From positions 32,001-96,000 of the forward strand of contig JBCCHT010000018.1 of the NCBI GenBank assembly GCA_039028615.1: a stretch of DNA of 64,000 nucleotides, written 5' to 3'. The number at the start of each line of letters is the position of its first letter. The stretch's first letter is position 1. Positions 37,426 through 50,332 of the stretch are shown piece by piece. The position numbers and the translations under genes were made by a program. This DNA comes from Myxococcota bacterium. GTDB lineage: Bacteria; Myxococcota_A; Polyangia; Nannocystales; Nannocystaceae. The notes beneath the pieces were generated by a model, which searched no databases, was not told the origin of the DNA, and saw only the letters and a program-made list of their open reading frames with translations.

Positions 37426-37944
37426 TCAGTAGTCGGTGGAGCGAAGTGTGGCGTCGTAGCGCGAGACGAAGTTTCCTTCGCTGGTCTCGGCCGTGGCGGT
37501 GATCACCACCGGCATGCCGTCGAGGCCGGCGAGGGTCACCGAGCTGTCGAAGCCCACCGGTAGGTTGTCGACCACCAAGACCTCCTCCTCGGTACATTGA
37601 AGCGGCAGGCCTTCGCCGAAAAAACGCACGGTGGCGAGTGTGTCGCCGCTGCCGTCGGACTCGATGGTGACCCATAGTGCATCGAGCTCGGAGGCGGCCA
37701 TGTCTTCGATGGTGACGTCGAACTCGGTGAAGACACCGCCCTGGGGCGGCGGGAACACCTCGACGTCGTCGCCGTCGACGAGCGGGGCCTCACCGTCACG
37801 GTTGGCGAGCGCGAGCACGGGGTCGCCATCGCCCGCGCAGGGCTCGGGCTCGGGTTCGGGGTCGGGGCATGCGCCCACCAGGAGCAACGCGGCGACGAGC
37901 GACAGGCGGGTACGGAGGGCGGCGCTGGAGTTCGACCGTTGCAT
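37426..37944 (-). CDS. Hypothetical lipoprotein
   Basis: ATG 37944 coupled to the upstream stop; lipobox VGAC; PPPQGG motif. Confidence 0.7.
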   Translation of the reverse strand: MQRSNSSAALRTRLSLVAALLLVGACPDPEPEPEPCAGDGDPVLALANRDGEAPLVDGDDVEVFPPPQGGVFTEFDVTIEDMAASELDALWVTIESDGSGDTLATVRFFGEGLPLQCTEEEVLVVDNLPVGFDSSVTLAGLDGMPVVITATAETSEGNFVSRYDATLRSTDY

Positions 37945-39473
37945 CAGCGTGGAGGCCCCGTGACGACGAGGCGCCCCGAGACGAGTGACTGTCGCACGAA
38001 GTCGAGCACGGCGGCATGGACTTGGGCCGGTTCGGTTTTGCACGCGGCGGCGTAGCGCTCGACGACATGGGCGATCGGGCTCGGGGTGCGCAACAGGTCC
38101 ACGAGCACGGCGGCGGCTTCGCTCAAGATCTCGTCGCCGCCGCGCCCGGGCGGCAGCCGCAGCTTGATGCGGGCCTGCTCGCCTTGACCCGCGTGCTCGT
38201 GCACGAGCCACGTGTCCGGGGGCAATCCGACGGTGCGACCGAGCAGGTGCTCGTCGGGCTCGGAGGCGATCACCATCGACAGCCAGGTAGAGTCGATGGC
38301 ATCGGCGTCGACGCGCTCGAGCTTGTCCTGCTCGATGGTCACGGAGAGGCCGGGCGCGCCCGAGACCTTGCCGAGCACGACGAGCGCGTACTCGGTGCGT
38401 TCGATGCCCTGGGCCTGCAGGTGATCGCGGTAGGCCTGGGCATCGCGGGCGTAGGCGTCGTCGAGGGCGGGGTGGTGACTGGCGGCCGAGCCGAGGGCGA
38501 GGATGTTGGGTGAGCTGCCGCGCGCGACGAAGAGCAGCTGGGCGATCTCGCTGCTGCCGTGCGCACCCTGGACGCGCTGCCACAGAGGAGACTCGGGTCG
38601 CGTGGCGCTTTCGAAGATCAGCCGGGCCTCGCCCGCGGGGGCCAGGATGCCGGGGAGCTCGCCGATGAGCCGCATCGCGACCTCGTCCCCCATCGCTCCG
38701 CCGTGCAGGTAGGTCGCGGTCTTCACTTCGGGCGGCGCGACGACGAAGGGGGGCTGCGAGACGACCAGGTCGAACTGGCGATCCTTCACGGGCACGGTGA
38801 GGTCACCCGTGTGCAGCTCGATGGGCAGCTCGTTGAGCGCGGCGTTGAAGCGGCTCCACGCGGCGGCGCGCGGGAGGACGTCGACGCCGACGGCTTCCTT
38901 GGCCCCGCGCGAGGCGGCGATGAGCGCCAGCGTGCCCGCGCCGCAGCCGACGTCGAGTACCCGCCCGGGGTTTTCGGGAATCGCTCGCGCCAACGCGATG
39001 GTGGTGGGACCGGGGCCCATCACCGGATCTTCGTCGCGACGGTGCAGCTCGTCCGAGCCGATCCACAGTCCGGCGATCGGACACAGGCGCATGTTGCCTC
39101 GCCACCCGCCGTCGACCTGCCGCAGCATGCCGTACTCGCGAAGGCGACCGATCAACGCCTCGGGGAAGACCATCGCCAGCATCGAGCCGTCGACGTCGTC
39201 GCCGTACAGAAACAAGCGGGCGAGCAAGGCGGCGGGTCGTTCGAGTCGACGCAGCGACCACTGCACCATCGGGTTGCGTACCGCGGGCAGCATGTGCGGG
39301 GCGACGCGCTCGCAGTCGCGGTAGAAGTCGTCGTCGAAGGACGAACCCTTGAGCACGGTTCGAAGGCCCATGAGCAGGGCCTTGTCGTCTGCGGCGAGAT
39401 CGGGTCGGGCGGTGGCCACCGACATGCGCGCAAGGGTAGCGCGACGGACGGATCGCTCCTCGTCGTCGAGCAC
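37944..39473 (-). CDS. HemK/MTS-like class I SAM methyltransferase with C-terminal winged-helix-like domain
   Basis: VLDVGCGAG, GVDV, GDL, FDLVVSQPPF. Confidence 0.85.
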   Translation of the reverse strand: MLDDEERSVRRATLARMSVATARPDLAADDKALLMGLRTVLKGSSFDDDFYRDCERVAPHMLPAVRNPMVQWSLRRLERPAALLARLFLYGDDVDGSMLAMVFPEALIGRLREYGMLRQVDGGWRGNMRLCPIAGLWIGSDELHRRDEDPVMGPGPTTIALARAIPENPGRVLDVGCGAGTLALIAASRGAKEAVGVDVLPRAAAWSRFNAALNELPIELHTGDLTVPVKDRQFDLVVSQPPFVVAPPEVKTATYLHGGAMGDEVAMRLIGELPGILAPAGEARLIFESATRPESPLWQRVQGAHGSSEIAQLLFVARGSSPNILALGSAASHHPALDDAYARDAQAYRDHLQAQGIERTEYALVVLGKVSGAPGLSVTIEQDKLERVDADAIDSTWLSMVIASEPDEHLLGRTVGLPPDTWLVHEHAGQGEQARIKLRLPPGRGGDEILSEAAAVLVDLLRTPSPIAHVVERYAAACKTEPAQVHAAVLDFVRQSLVSGRLVVTGPPR

Positions 39474-39483
39474 CCGACCTTCG

Positions 39484-39582
39484 AAAACATCGAAGCCGAG
39501 TCCCAGGGGAGGGGGACTCGGCTTCGGCTTTCAGATCGGAGGGGACGGGGTCAGGGATGACGGAAGAAGGGACGTCTTCCGC
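39484..39582 (-). ncRNA. Candidate ~95-nt sRNA with C/U-rich loops
   Basis: 5' hairpin CGGAAGA/TCTTCCG (39561-39581); 14-bp terminator-like stem 39491-39526 followed by ATGTTTT; ECF-like promoter immediately upstream. Confidence 0.5.
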
Positions 39583-39587
39583 TCGGA

Positions 39588-39615
39588 TAGACGAACCGGG
39601 CCCGGCGAGGCTTCA
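39588..39615 (-). promoter_or_regulatory. ECF-sigma-like promoter
   Basis: Minus strand TGAAGC-N16-CGTCTA with an upstream AAAGAAATTT tract. Confidence 0.45.
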
Positions 39616-39721
39616 TTCCGGGGGCGACGAAATTTCTTTGCGGAGCCGTCGCGAACGGCGCAGGCCGGCCTTGGGGCGGGCCACTGCCTCTGAAGCGCCC
39701 TCGGGCGCGGTCTCGAGGCGA

Positions 39722-40969
39722 TCAGCCGAGCAGGGCGTAGCCCAGGCCCGCAGCCACGATCAGCGCAACTCCCGCCCAAACCCAGGTCGAGGGCGGGACG
39801 CCGCCGCGCTGCGCGATCACCGAGCTCCCGGCCGTCACCGGGCTGGTCCCCGTGGTCGAGGACAACGAGGCGCCGGTCTGGCTGCCGTCGGCCGCGATCT
39901 CGGTGGGCCCGGTCTCGCCCAGCGCCCGTCGCTTGGCCTCGCGCAGGGTCTCGCCGAACTCGGCCATGGTGCCGTAGCGATCGTCGGCGTCCTTGCGCAG
40001 CGCCTTCAAGATCACGTCGTCGAGCCACTTGGGCAGCTCGGCCGCGACCGGAGCGACTTCGCTCGGCGGCGTGGGGTCGTCGTTGAGCTGCTTGTAGATG
40101 ACGTCGTACTCGTTGGCGCCTTCGAAGGGCGGCCGACCCGTGAGCAACGCGTACGCACTCGCGCCGAGCGAGTACACGTCGGCGCGGTGATCGACGTGCT
40201 TGCCCATGGCCTGCTCGGGCGCCATGAAGTCGGGCGTGCCCATCACCACCCCGGTCTGGGTGACGATGCTGTCCTGCGGGTTGGCGAGGCGGGCGATGCC
40301 GAAGTCGAGGATCTTGATGAAGTCCGGATCCTTGTGATTGTCGACCCGGAAGAAGTTCGCCGGCTTGACGTCGCGATGGATGATTCCCGCGTCGTGGGCG
40401 GCCTGGAGCGCTTCGCAGAGCTGTTCCACGATGTGGACGACGCGGCGCCAGGGCAGGAACTTCTCGCGCTTGAGCCACGAGGAAAGATCCTCGCCCTCGA
40501 GGTTCTCCATGACCAGGAACACCGAGCCGGTGTCGGTGGTGCCGAAGTCGGTGACGTCGACGATGTGCTTGGAGCCGATGGAGGTGGCGGAGCGAGCCTC
40601 GCGACGGAAGCGGCGGACGGCCTCGGGGAGGCGGCACAGCGACGGACGCAGCACCTTGATCGCGACGCGCTTGCCGATCTCGATGTGCTCGGCGATGAAC
40701 ACCCAACCCATCGCGCCTTCGCCGATGCGGTTGAGCAGCTTGTAGCGATCGGCGAGCACGGAGCCGATCAGCATGTCGGCCATCGACAGGCTCGCGCTCT
40801 TGGACGACCCCGAGCTGCTCGGGATGTTTCCCGGTTGCTTGGGGGCCTTCGCGGAGGCCTTGGACGCCACGGGACTGCCACCGATGACTCGACCCTCTCG
40901 CCGTCCGGCGGGAGGGGAGCGCTGGGGCAGGTCGTCGTCGGGGGCGTTCGGCGGCGTGGTGTCCGTCAT
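39722..40969 (-). CDS. Hanks-type Ser/Thr protein kinase with C-terminal TM
   Basis: [33 protein letters not shown]. Confidence 0.92.
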   Translation of the reverse strand: MTDTTPPNAPDDDLPQRSPPAGRREGRVIGGSPVASKASAKAPKQPGNIPSSSGSSKSASLSMADMLIGSVLADRYKLLNRIGEGAMGWVFIAEHIEIGKRVAIKVLRPSLCRLPEAVRRFRREARSATSIGSKHIVDVTDFGTTDTGSVFLVMENLEGEDLSSWLKREKFLPWRRVVHIVEQLCEALQAAHDAGIIHRDVKPANFFRVDNHKDPDFIKILDFGIARLANPQDSIVTQTGVVMGTPDFMAPEQAMGKHVDHRADVYSLGASAYALLTGRPPFEGANEYDVIYKQLNDDPTPPSEVAPVAAELPKWLDDVILKALRKDADDRYGTMAEFGETLREAKRRALGETGPTEIAADGSQTGASLSSTTGTSPVTAGSSVIAQRGGVPPSTWVWAGVALIVAAGLGYALLG

Positions 40970-41112
40970 CGGAACCCGTGTTCTCGTATCACGCTTCGGA
41001 GCCAATCTCCATGGCTGGGACGCCGTCCCGCCCACCCTGGGGACCAGGGCGTGGTAGCGTCCGGCCGGTTTCGAACCGCACATGGCGCGCCCACGCGCAT
41101 GGAGAGCGAACG

Positions 41113-41598
41113 ATGACGATCAAGGTTGGAGACAAGATTCCCGACGCGACCCTCAAGCAGCTGAGCGCCACCGGCCTGGGCGAGGTCAACACGACCTCGT
41201 TCTTTGCCGGACGGACGATCGTGCTGTTTTCGGTGCCGGGTGCATTCACCCCCACGTGCTCCAAGGAGCACCTGCCCGGCTTCGTCTCGCAGGCCGATGA
41301 CATCAAGTCCAAAGGCGTCGACGAGATCGCCTGCCTGGCCGTCAACGATCCCTTCGTGATGGCCTCGTGGGCCGCAGAGCAGGGCGCCGACGGCAAGGTC
41401 ACGATGCTTCCCGATTGGGACGGTGCCTTCACCAAGGCGATGGGCCTCGATCAGGACATCTCCGTCGCGGGCCTCGGCGTTCGTGGCAAGCGCTTCTCGA
41501 TGCGAGTCAAGGACGGCGTCGTCGAGACGCTCGACATCGAAGAGGGCAAGGGCGTGACCGTCAGCGGCGCCGCGCACTGCCTGACGAACCTCGCCTGA
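41113..41598 (+). CDS. Peroxiredoxin (Prx5 type)
   Basis: VPGAFTPTCSKEHLPG and VNDPFVM motifs; GGAG RBS. Confidence 0.92.
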   Translation: MTIKVGDKIPDATLKQLSATGLGEVNTTSFFAGRTIVLFSVPGAFTPTCSKEHLPGFVSQADDIKSKGVDEIACLAVNDPFVMASWAAEQGADGKVTMLPDWDGAFTKAMGLDQDISVAGLGVRGKRFSMRVKDGVVETLDIEEGKGVTVSGAAHCLTNLA

Positions 41599-41644
41599 AA
41601 CGGCCACATCTCGGTCGTGGTGGTGAACACCACGACCTCGGACG

Positions 41645-41678
41645 ACCCGCGGAGCGCCCCCGGTGCCCGCGGGTTTTT
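41645..41678 (+). terminator. Rho-independent terminator (preceded by a 10-bp hairpin at 41613-41637)
   Basis: ACCCGCGG...CCGCGGGT followed by TTTT. Confidence 0.65.
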
Positions 41679-41787
41679 CGTGCCCGGATCACGCAACGGG
41701 GCGAAAAACGGGCCCCTGGCGGGGGGCCCCTGCCCGGGCCCTTGGCGCGGGAGCCGAAGGCGTCGGGCGTGCTACCGTCCTCGCCCC

Positions 41788-44274
<2,487 letters not shown>

Positions 44275-44323
44275 CGATGTCGCGCGTGCGCGCGCCTCGG
44301 CCCCAATCTTCTATAGTCCAGCC

Positions 44324-45886
44324 ATGACGTGGCTTCGTGGACTGGGTGCGGGGGCGGCCGTGCTCCTGGGTACGCTCGCAATGGGGTGTGCGGACGATGC
44401 TCCGCAGTGTCCCGATGGAACGTGCGGCGCGGGCTCGACGGGCGACTCGACCGGTGCGATCGAGACGGACACCGATGCGGGGGCGACGTCGGTGGCCACC
44501 GGAGCCACGACCGAGGGCGTCGACTCGACCGGGGTCGCGAGCTCGGGGGAGACGGGCCCGACCTGTGAGTGTGGCGATGGCGAGGTGTGCGTCGAGGCGA
44601 TCTGCACGCCCATCGTCAACGATCGATGCGAGGTGCTGTGGGCTCCGGCCGACGTGCCGCTGCAAGACACGGTGCGACTGGGCCTGCTGATGCCGAGGGA
44701 CCGTTTCCTGACGGCCGACTTCGAGGCGGGGGTGTTGCTGGCGGCCCAAGACCTCGCGGCGCTCGAAGGGGAGGACGCGCCCGCGTGGATCCTCTGCGAC
44801 ACCCAGTTCATGCCCGAGCTGGAGACGGCGGGCGCGGAGCACCTGCTCGAGGTCGGCGTGGTGGGGCTCGCCCACTGGGCGCTCGGGTCCTCGGTGGACG
44901 CCCTCGCCAACGAGGCCGGAGTGCTGACGATGTCGCTCGAAGTCGAATTCTCCGAGCCGCTCGATCCGCTGCGCTGGAGCATGGCGCACGCGCCCGTCTT
45001 CGAGGCGGCGGCGGTGGCCGAGCGAGTCACCCTCGCCGGCCCCACCGCGGGCCCGGGAGAGACGGTCGTGTTCGCCATCGACGACGAAGGCGGCCAGGCC
45101 TGGGCCGATGCGCTGACCAGCCTCGCGGAGGGGCCGGCCCCGGTGGTGGCGAGGGTGACGGACCCGGCCGACCTTCCATCGGCCGAAGAGGTGTTCGTCG
45201 AGATCGCGATGGCGGTGCAGACGGCCTGGGCCGAGAACGGAGGCCCGGCCGCCACCATCATCATCATCACGGGCGGGCTGCGGTACGAGATCGTCAGCAG
45301 CTACCTGGCGGTGTGGCTCGGCGACGGCAGCCCTGGTCCCTTCCCTCGCTTCGTGGTGACCAACACCTCACAAGACGCCCTCGAAGACGTGGTCCAGGGC
45401 GTGCTCGAGACACCCCCGATCACCGACTCGTTCGAACCGCTGCGCGACTCCATCGAGGGCACCCGAGCGGGCGTGCCCGATCCGACCGTGGTGGCCGAGC
45501 TGCAGGCCCGCTACAACGCTCGCTTCGGCGGTGTGCCCCCGGCCTCGACCGCGTTGGCCTACGATCTCGCACAGGCGCTGAACCTCGCGGTCTGTGCGAG
45601 CGAGGAGCCGAGCGGCGCGGCGCTGGCCGAGGTGCTGTCCCGGCTCGACGGAGCGGGCGACGCGGTGCGCGGCGGATTCCTCGGTCAGTGCGAGGCCCTG
45701 GCATCGGGCGCATCGCTCACCGCCGGAGGCGCGTCGGGAAGCCTCACATGGGATCCGGACCGGCAGCTGCGGCGCGACGACATCTTCGGCTACGGCTTCG
45801 TGCCGCCGGGGACCACACCCGCGCCCGTTCGCCGCTTCGTGCTGGATCCGCCCCCGGCCGACAGCGGGACGTGGATCGAGCGCTGA
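44324..45886 (+). CDS. Lipoprotein with probable type-I periplasmic-binding-protein-like domain
   Basis: Lipobox AMGC; Thr/Cys-rich linker; VRLGLLMP, ILCDT, ALAYD, GASGSLTWD. Confidence 0.65.
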   Translation: MTWLRGLGAGAAVLLGTLAMGCADDAPQCPDGTCGAGSTGDSTGAIETDTDAGATSVATGATTEGVDSTGVASSGETGPTCECGDGEVCVEAICTPIVNDRCEVLWAPADVPLQDTVRLGLLMPRDRFLTADFEAGVLLAAQDLAALEGEDAPAWILCDTQFMPELETAGAEHLLEVGVVGLAHWALGSSVDALANEAGVLTMSLEVEFSEPLDPLRWSMAHAPVFEAAAVAERVTLAGPTAGPGETVVFAIDDEGGQAWADALTSLAEGPAPVVARVTDPADLPSAEEVFVEIAMAVQTAWAENGGPAATIIIITGGLRYEIVSSYLAVWLGDGSPGPFPRFVVTNTSQDALEDVVQGVLETPPITDSFEPLRDSIEGTRAGVPDPTVVAELQARYNARFGGVPPASTALAYDLAQALNLAVCASEEPSGAALAEVLSRLDGAGDAVRGGFLGQCEALASGASLTAGGASGSLTWDPDRQLRRDDIFGYGFVPPGTTPAPVRRFVLDPPPADSGTWIER

Positions 45887-45934
45887 GCTCGGTCGCGGCG
45901 GCGCGCGGCCGGACGCTGCGCTATCCTCCGCCGC

Positions 45935-46267
45935 ATGAGCGAGTTCGACATCGCCTCGATGATGGGTCAGGTCCAGCAGCTGCAGGAGCAGATGACCCAG
46001 ATGCAGCAAGACCTCGACAACGTCACCGTGGAAGGCGCGGCCGGTGGCGGCATGGTCAAGGTCACCGCGACGGCGGGCCTCAAGATCAAGGGCATCGAGA
46101 TCGACCCCGCCGTGATGAATGAGGAGCGCGACATGCTGCAAGACCTCATCACCGCGGCCGTCAACAACGCGCTCGACAAGGCGCGGGAGAAAGCGGGCGA
46201 GGCGACGCAGCAGCGGCTCGGCTCGATGCTGCCGCCCGGCATGGCGGGGCAGTTCCCCGGCCTGTGA
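45935..46267 (+). CDS. ybaB: YbaB/EbfC nucleoid-associated protein
   Basis: GAAGGGMVKV, IEIDP, LQDLITAAVN; lies directly before recR. Confidence 0.92.
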   Translation: MSEFDIASMMGQVQQLQEQMTQMQQDLDNVTVEGAAGGGMVKVTATAGLKIKGIEIDPAVMNEERDMLQDLITAAVNNALDKAREKAGEATQQRLGSMLPPGMAGQFPGL

Positions 46268-46899
46268 GCGAGCGAGGCAAGACGCCGGCCGCCCCGGGCG
46301 GAGATCCGCTACGGCGCCTGGCCGGCCTGCTGGCAAAGCTACCCGGCATCGGTGACAAGTCGGCGATGCGCCTGGCCTTGGCCATGGTCAAGGCGCAGCC
46401 CGACTACCTGCACGCGCTCGCCCAGGCGATCGACGGCGTGCACACCCAGCTCACCTTGTGCCGGATTTGCTGCGACTTCACCTCCGAGGAGATCTGTAGT
46501 CGCTGCTCCGACGCGCGTCGCGATCACACCGTGATCTGCGTGGTGGCTCAGCCCCAAGACCGCATGGCCATCGAGCGCACCGGGGTCTTTCGCGGCGTCT
46601 ATCACGTGCTGCACGGGGTGCTCGATCCGCTCGGCGGGGTGGGACCCGGCGATCTCCGCATCGAGGCCCTGCTCGCTCGGCTGCAATCGCAAGACGATCG
46701 CCCCGACGTCGAGGAGCTCATCGTCGCCACCAGCCCCAACGTCGAAGGCGACGCCACGGCCCTATACCTGTCGAAACTGATCGGCCCGCTCGGGGTCAAG
46801 GTCAGCCGCATCGCCTCGGGCGTGGCGGTGGGTGGCGAGCTCGAGTACGCCGACGTCACCACCCTGCACCGGGCCCTCGAAGACCGGCGGCAACTGTAG
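46264..46899 (+). CDS. recR: Recombination mediator RecR
   Basis: LPGIGDKSAMRLA, C4 finger, YHVLHG, NVEGDATA, GGELEYAD. Confidence 0.95.
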   Translation: MSERGKTPAAPGGDPLRRLAGLLAKLPGIGDKSAMRLALAMVKAQPDYLHALAQAIDGVHTQLTLCRICCDFTSEEICSRCSDARRDHTVICVVAQPQDRMAIERTGVFRGVYHVLHGVLDPLGGVGPGDLRIEALLARLQSQDDRPDVEELIVATSPNVEGDATALYLSKLIGPLGVKVSRIASGVAVGGELEYADVTTLHRALEDRRQL

Positions 46900-47224
46900 G
46901 TCGAACCGCTCCCTCGCCCGGGCTGCCCCGGGCTCGGTCGGTTCGTGACGCGGGTCATTTAAGAAGGTGTCGTCAAGGCCCGGCCGAGGCGGGACCCGTG
47001 ATGGGCCACTGCTGCGCCGCAAATCGGGCCCAGGGGCGTTTTACCGGGGTTCGGCGGGCCCGGACCGATGGGCTCCGGTGGCCGTGGACTTGCCTCAGGG
47101 AGTCTGATAGCGTGTGCCCGCATTCGGCCCTTGCCGTCCCCGTGGGCGTGTTGGGGCCAGGCTATGCACCCTGGCACGAGGGATCTCGCCCAGGGGTCGA
47201 GCCTTGTTTCCGAGGAGTTTCCCC

Positions 47225-47713
47225 TTGAGCAATCTCAGCCCTTCGCTCGTGATGTACGAGGAGGAAGTGCGGCGGATCCAGACCGTGGCCGACCGCCTTC
47301 AGCAAGATTCGCGCGCACGGGCGATTTTGGTCGTCGACAAGAACGGCCAGTTGATCGCTGCTTCGGGCTCTGCTTCCGACCTGGACACGACTTCGTTGAG
47401 TTCGCTGGTCGCAGGCAACGTCGCTGCGACCGGTGGCATCGCCAAACTCATCGAAGAGGAAGAGTTCACCGGTCAGTTCCACGAGGGTCAGGGCGTCAGC
47501 GTCCACATGACCATCGTGGGCCGTCGGGTCATCTTGGTAGTGCTCTTCGATAAGAACACCACCCATGGCCTGGTCCGGTTGCGGGTCAAGAAGGCCAGTG
47601 CCGATCTCGAAGCCATCCTCGACGATGTCTCGAAGAAGGCCGAGAGCCCTCAGCAGGCCAACGTGTTCGCCGAGATCACCGACGCGGACATCGACAACCT
47701 CTTCAACGACTAG
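47225..47713 (+). CDS. mglB: Gliding-motility roadblock-domain GAP MglB
   Basis: TTG start after GAGGAG; LVMYEEE, VDKNGQLI, DTTSLSSLVAGNVAA, GLVRLRVKKAS, DIDNLF. Confidence 0.92.
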   Translation: MSNLSPSLVMYEEEVRRIQTVADRLQQDSRARAILVVDKNGQLIAASGSASDLDTTSLSSLVAGNVAATGGIAKLIEEEEFTGQFHEGQGVSVHMTIVGRRVILVVLFDKNTTHGLVRLRVKKASADLEAILDDVSKKAESPQQANVFAEITDADIDNLFND

Positions 47714-47752
47714 TCGCGGCTTCGCTACGGTCGAGACAGCCAGGCGTGCGCC

Positions 47753-48340
47753 GTGTCCTTCATCAACTACAGCTCCCGCGAGATCAACTGTAAGCTGGTC
47801 TATTACGGACCCGGGTTGTGTGGAAAGACCACCAACCTTCAGTACATCTACAACAAGACCAAGCCCGACGCGAAGGGCAAGATGATCTCGCTCGCCACCG
47901 AGACCGAGCGGACCTTGTTCTTCGACTTCTTGCCGCTTTCGCTCGGCGAGATTCGTGGCTTCCGCACTCGGTTCCACCTGTACACGGTGCCGGGCCAGGT
48001 CTTCTACGACGCGAGCCGTAAGTTGATCCTCAAGGGGGTCGACGGGGTCTGCTTCGTGGCCGACTCCCAGATGGAGCGCATGGAGGCCAACATCGAGAGC
48101 CTCGAGAACCTGCGCGACAACCTGACCGAGCAGGGCTACGACCTCGACAAGCTCCCGTACTGCGTGCAGTACAACAAGCGAGATCTGCCGAGCGCGGTGC
48201 CGGTCGAAGAGCTCTCCGAAGTGCTCAACACGACCAAGGTCCCCGAGTTCGAAGCGGTGGCGACCACCGGGGTCGGCGTGTTCGACACGCTCAAGGCTCT
48301 GGCCAAGCAAGTGCTCACCGAGCTGCGTAAAGGCAGCTGA
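47753..48340 (+). CDS. mglA: Gliding-motility small GTPase MglA
   Basis: [37 protein letters not shown]. Confidence 0.97.
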   Translation: MSFINYSSREINCKLVYYGPGLCGKTTNLQYIYNKTKPDAKGKMISLATETERTLFFDFLPLSLGEIRGFRTRFHLYTVPGQVFYDASRKLILKGVDGVCFVADSQMERMEANIESLENLRDNLTEQGYDLDKLPYCVQYNKRDLPSAVPVEELSEVLNTTKVPEFEAVATTGVGVFDTLKALAKQVLTELRKGS

Positions 48341-48531
48341 TGCCGGCACGGGCCCCGCGGCTCGTGTAGGCGATTCCCCGTCGTGTGTGTCTAGTTCGAT
48401 CCGCGCGGATCCCTCGGTCCGCGCCGGTACGATCGTGACCGGAGCGAGGCTCCGTACCGATCATTGCGGAAGTTCGCACGAGTCGCACCGCTTCGGTTCG
48501 GCTCGGCTATGATTCTGGCGCCTGCCTGCAC

Positions 48532-48837
48532 ATGGCTTCCACTCCGACGACGTCAACGTTCGCCAGCGAGCAATCGTCCTCGCGTCAGTCACAGACGCTG
48601 CGGGTGAAGCCGTTTCAGCAGATCGATCTGCAGCCGCCGCCTTCGAACAAGAACTCGGGCTTGTTCCCCGCGGTCGCGGTCGCTCCCACGCCGCCCAACG
48701 ATCGCGCGCTCCGGCTGCGCCGCGCCGTGTTGTTGACGGTGGTGGTCGGTGGGCTCGGGTTGTTGGCGTACGCGTCGTGGCAGCGGGTCGCTCATGCGCG
48801 AGCGGGCGATGCCGATGTCACGGTCCGCTCGAGCTAA
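48532..48837 (+). CDS. Hypothetical single-TM protein
   Basis: 101-aa ORF with one hydrophobic helix; plausible codon use. Confidence 0.5.
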   Translation: MASTPTTSTFASEQSSSRQSQTLRVKPFQQIDLQPPPSNKNSGLFPAVAVAPTPPNDRALRLRRAVLLTVVVGGLGLLAYASWQRVAHARAGDADVTVRSS

Positions 48838-49363
48838 CGTAGTTGGTCCGCGGTCGATCGGGGTTCGTCGATCGACGTTGTCGGTGGACCTTCGAGACGA
48901 TCGCGTTCGCGTCGATGCATCGGCCGGTCGGTGCTCGGGCGTCGACGCGTGAGTGCCGAGGTGTTCGAACGCGCTCGCGATCGACCCGCGATGCATCGTC
49001 GACGGCCGGCCCAAAAGAGGCCCTGCGTGATCTTCATTGGTTCGCGCTCGCGCGGCGATGGGGCTCACTCGATCTGCGCGGGTCCGCAGTGCACACGCGT
49101 GGTCTCGACGAACCAACGCACGAGCGCGACGTCGAAATGTAAACGTTGCGTCAAGCCAGCACGGAATCTCGCGGTGCAAGACGACACGTTGGGGCACCGT
49201 GCCCCCGTGCACGAACGGTCGTAGAAAATTCTCGCGGAGCAAAACGATCACCGTGCTTGCTCGCCCTGCCAGCGCGGCATAGCTTCGGGCGAGGGCGAGT
49301 CTTTGGTCGTTGCGTAGTGCCATCGCTCGTCATCGGACCCCACCACGAACAGAGGAATCGACC

Positions 49364-50329
49364 ATGATTCGAAGCACCCTAGCTCTCGCCATGGGCATCG
49401 CTCTGGCCCTGCCCGCGATGTCCACCGCGTGGGCCGAGCCCGCGACGGACCTGACCGCGAACCCGGCCGAAGGCGAAGAAGAAGACGTCAGCGACGAGGA
49501 AGCGCTGGAAGACGACATCTTGTTGGTGATCGACCTGCCGGTCGCAATCGCCGACGCCCGCGATGCCGGAGTGGAAGAAGAAGAGCTCGAAGAAGCTCTC
49601 ACCACCGCCGAGGACAGCGGCATCAGTGCCGGTACGGCCACCGAGATGGTGCTGGCCGAGACCGAGACGACCAAGACCAAGGGCAAGCGCAAAGGCCTGC
49701 ATCGCTTCATTCGCAAGCAGATCGCGGCCGGAGCCACGCCCAAGGAAATCGCCGAGAAGATCCGCGAGCGCAAAGAAGAGCTCGAGGACATGACGCCCGA
49801 GGAGCGCAAGGCCTTCGAAGAGAAGGTGCAGACGCTCAAGAAGAAGAACAAGAAGCGTCGCAAGGCGCTGCACGCCAAGCGCAAGAAGCTCAAGGGCGAG
49901 GGCAAGGTCGTGCAGCTGCTCGCCAAGGCGGCGCACAAGAAGCGCAAAGAAGAGCTCAAGGAGCGCAAGGACGAGCTGAAGGAAGCTCGCAAGGCGCACC
50001 GCAAGTCCAAGCGTGACCATCGGGAAGCCAAGGGCGACGCCAAGGAAGCCCGCGAAGATCGCAAGGAAGCGCGAGAAGATCTGAAGGCGGCCGAGACTCC
50101 CGAGGAGCGCAAAGAGGCACGCGAGGATCTGAAGGAAGCTCGCGAGGAGCACAAGGAAGCTCGCGAGGATCGCAAGGAGGCCAAGGGCGATCGCAAGGAA
50201 GCCAAGGGCGATCGCAAGGAGGCCAAGAAGGCCCACGCCGAGGCCAAGAAGGCCGCGGGCAAAGGCAAGGGCGGCCCCAAGGGCAAGGGACCCAAAGGCG
50301 GACCCAAGGGCAAGAAAGGCAAGGGCTGA
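49364..50329 (+). CDS. Secreted protein with Lys/Glu-rich heptad repeats and a basic tail
   Basis: GAGG RBS; signal peptide ending AWA; KEAREDR/KEAKGDR repeats. Confidence 0.75.
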   Translation: MIRSTLALAMGIALALPAMSTAWAEPATDLTANPAEGEEEDVSDEEALEDDILLVIDLPVAIADARDAGVEEEELEEALTTAEDSGISAGTATEMVLAETETTKTKGKRKGLHRFIRKQIAAGATPKEIAEKIRERKEELEDMTPEERKAFEEKVQTLKKKNKKRRKALHAKRKKLKGEGKVVQLLAKAAHKKRKEELKERKDELKEARKAHRKSKRDHREAKGDAKEAREDRKEAREDLKAAETPEERKEAREDLKEAREEHKEAREDRKEAKGDRKEAKGDRKEAKKAHAEAKKAAGKGKGGPKGKGPKGGPKGKKGKG

Positions 50330-50332
50330 TCC

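Noticed and set aside
37944..38160. RiPP recognition element on the methyltransferase, implying a RiPP cluster
   Set aside because: The tail may be a generic winged helix, and no precursor peptide or other RiPP genes are nearby.
41599..41787. SRP RNA (ffs) or tRNA upstream of dnaX
   Set aside because: No SRP domain IV motif or cloverleaf; only terminator-like hairpins.
48838..49360. Gene or structured RNA in the long intergenic region rich in TCGA/CGCG palindromes
   Set aside because: ORFs are low-complexity with no motifs, and no convincing long stem or terminator was found; short palindromes are common throughout this window.
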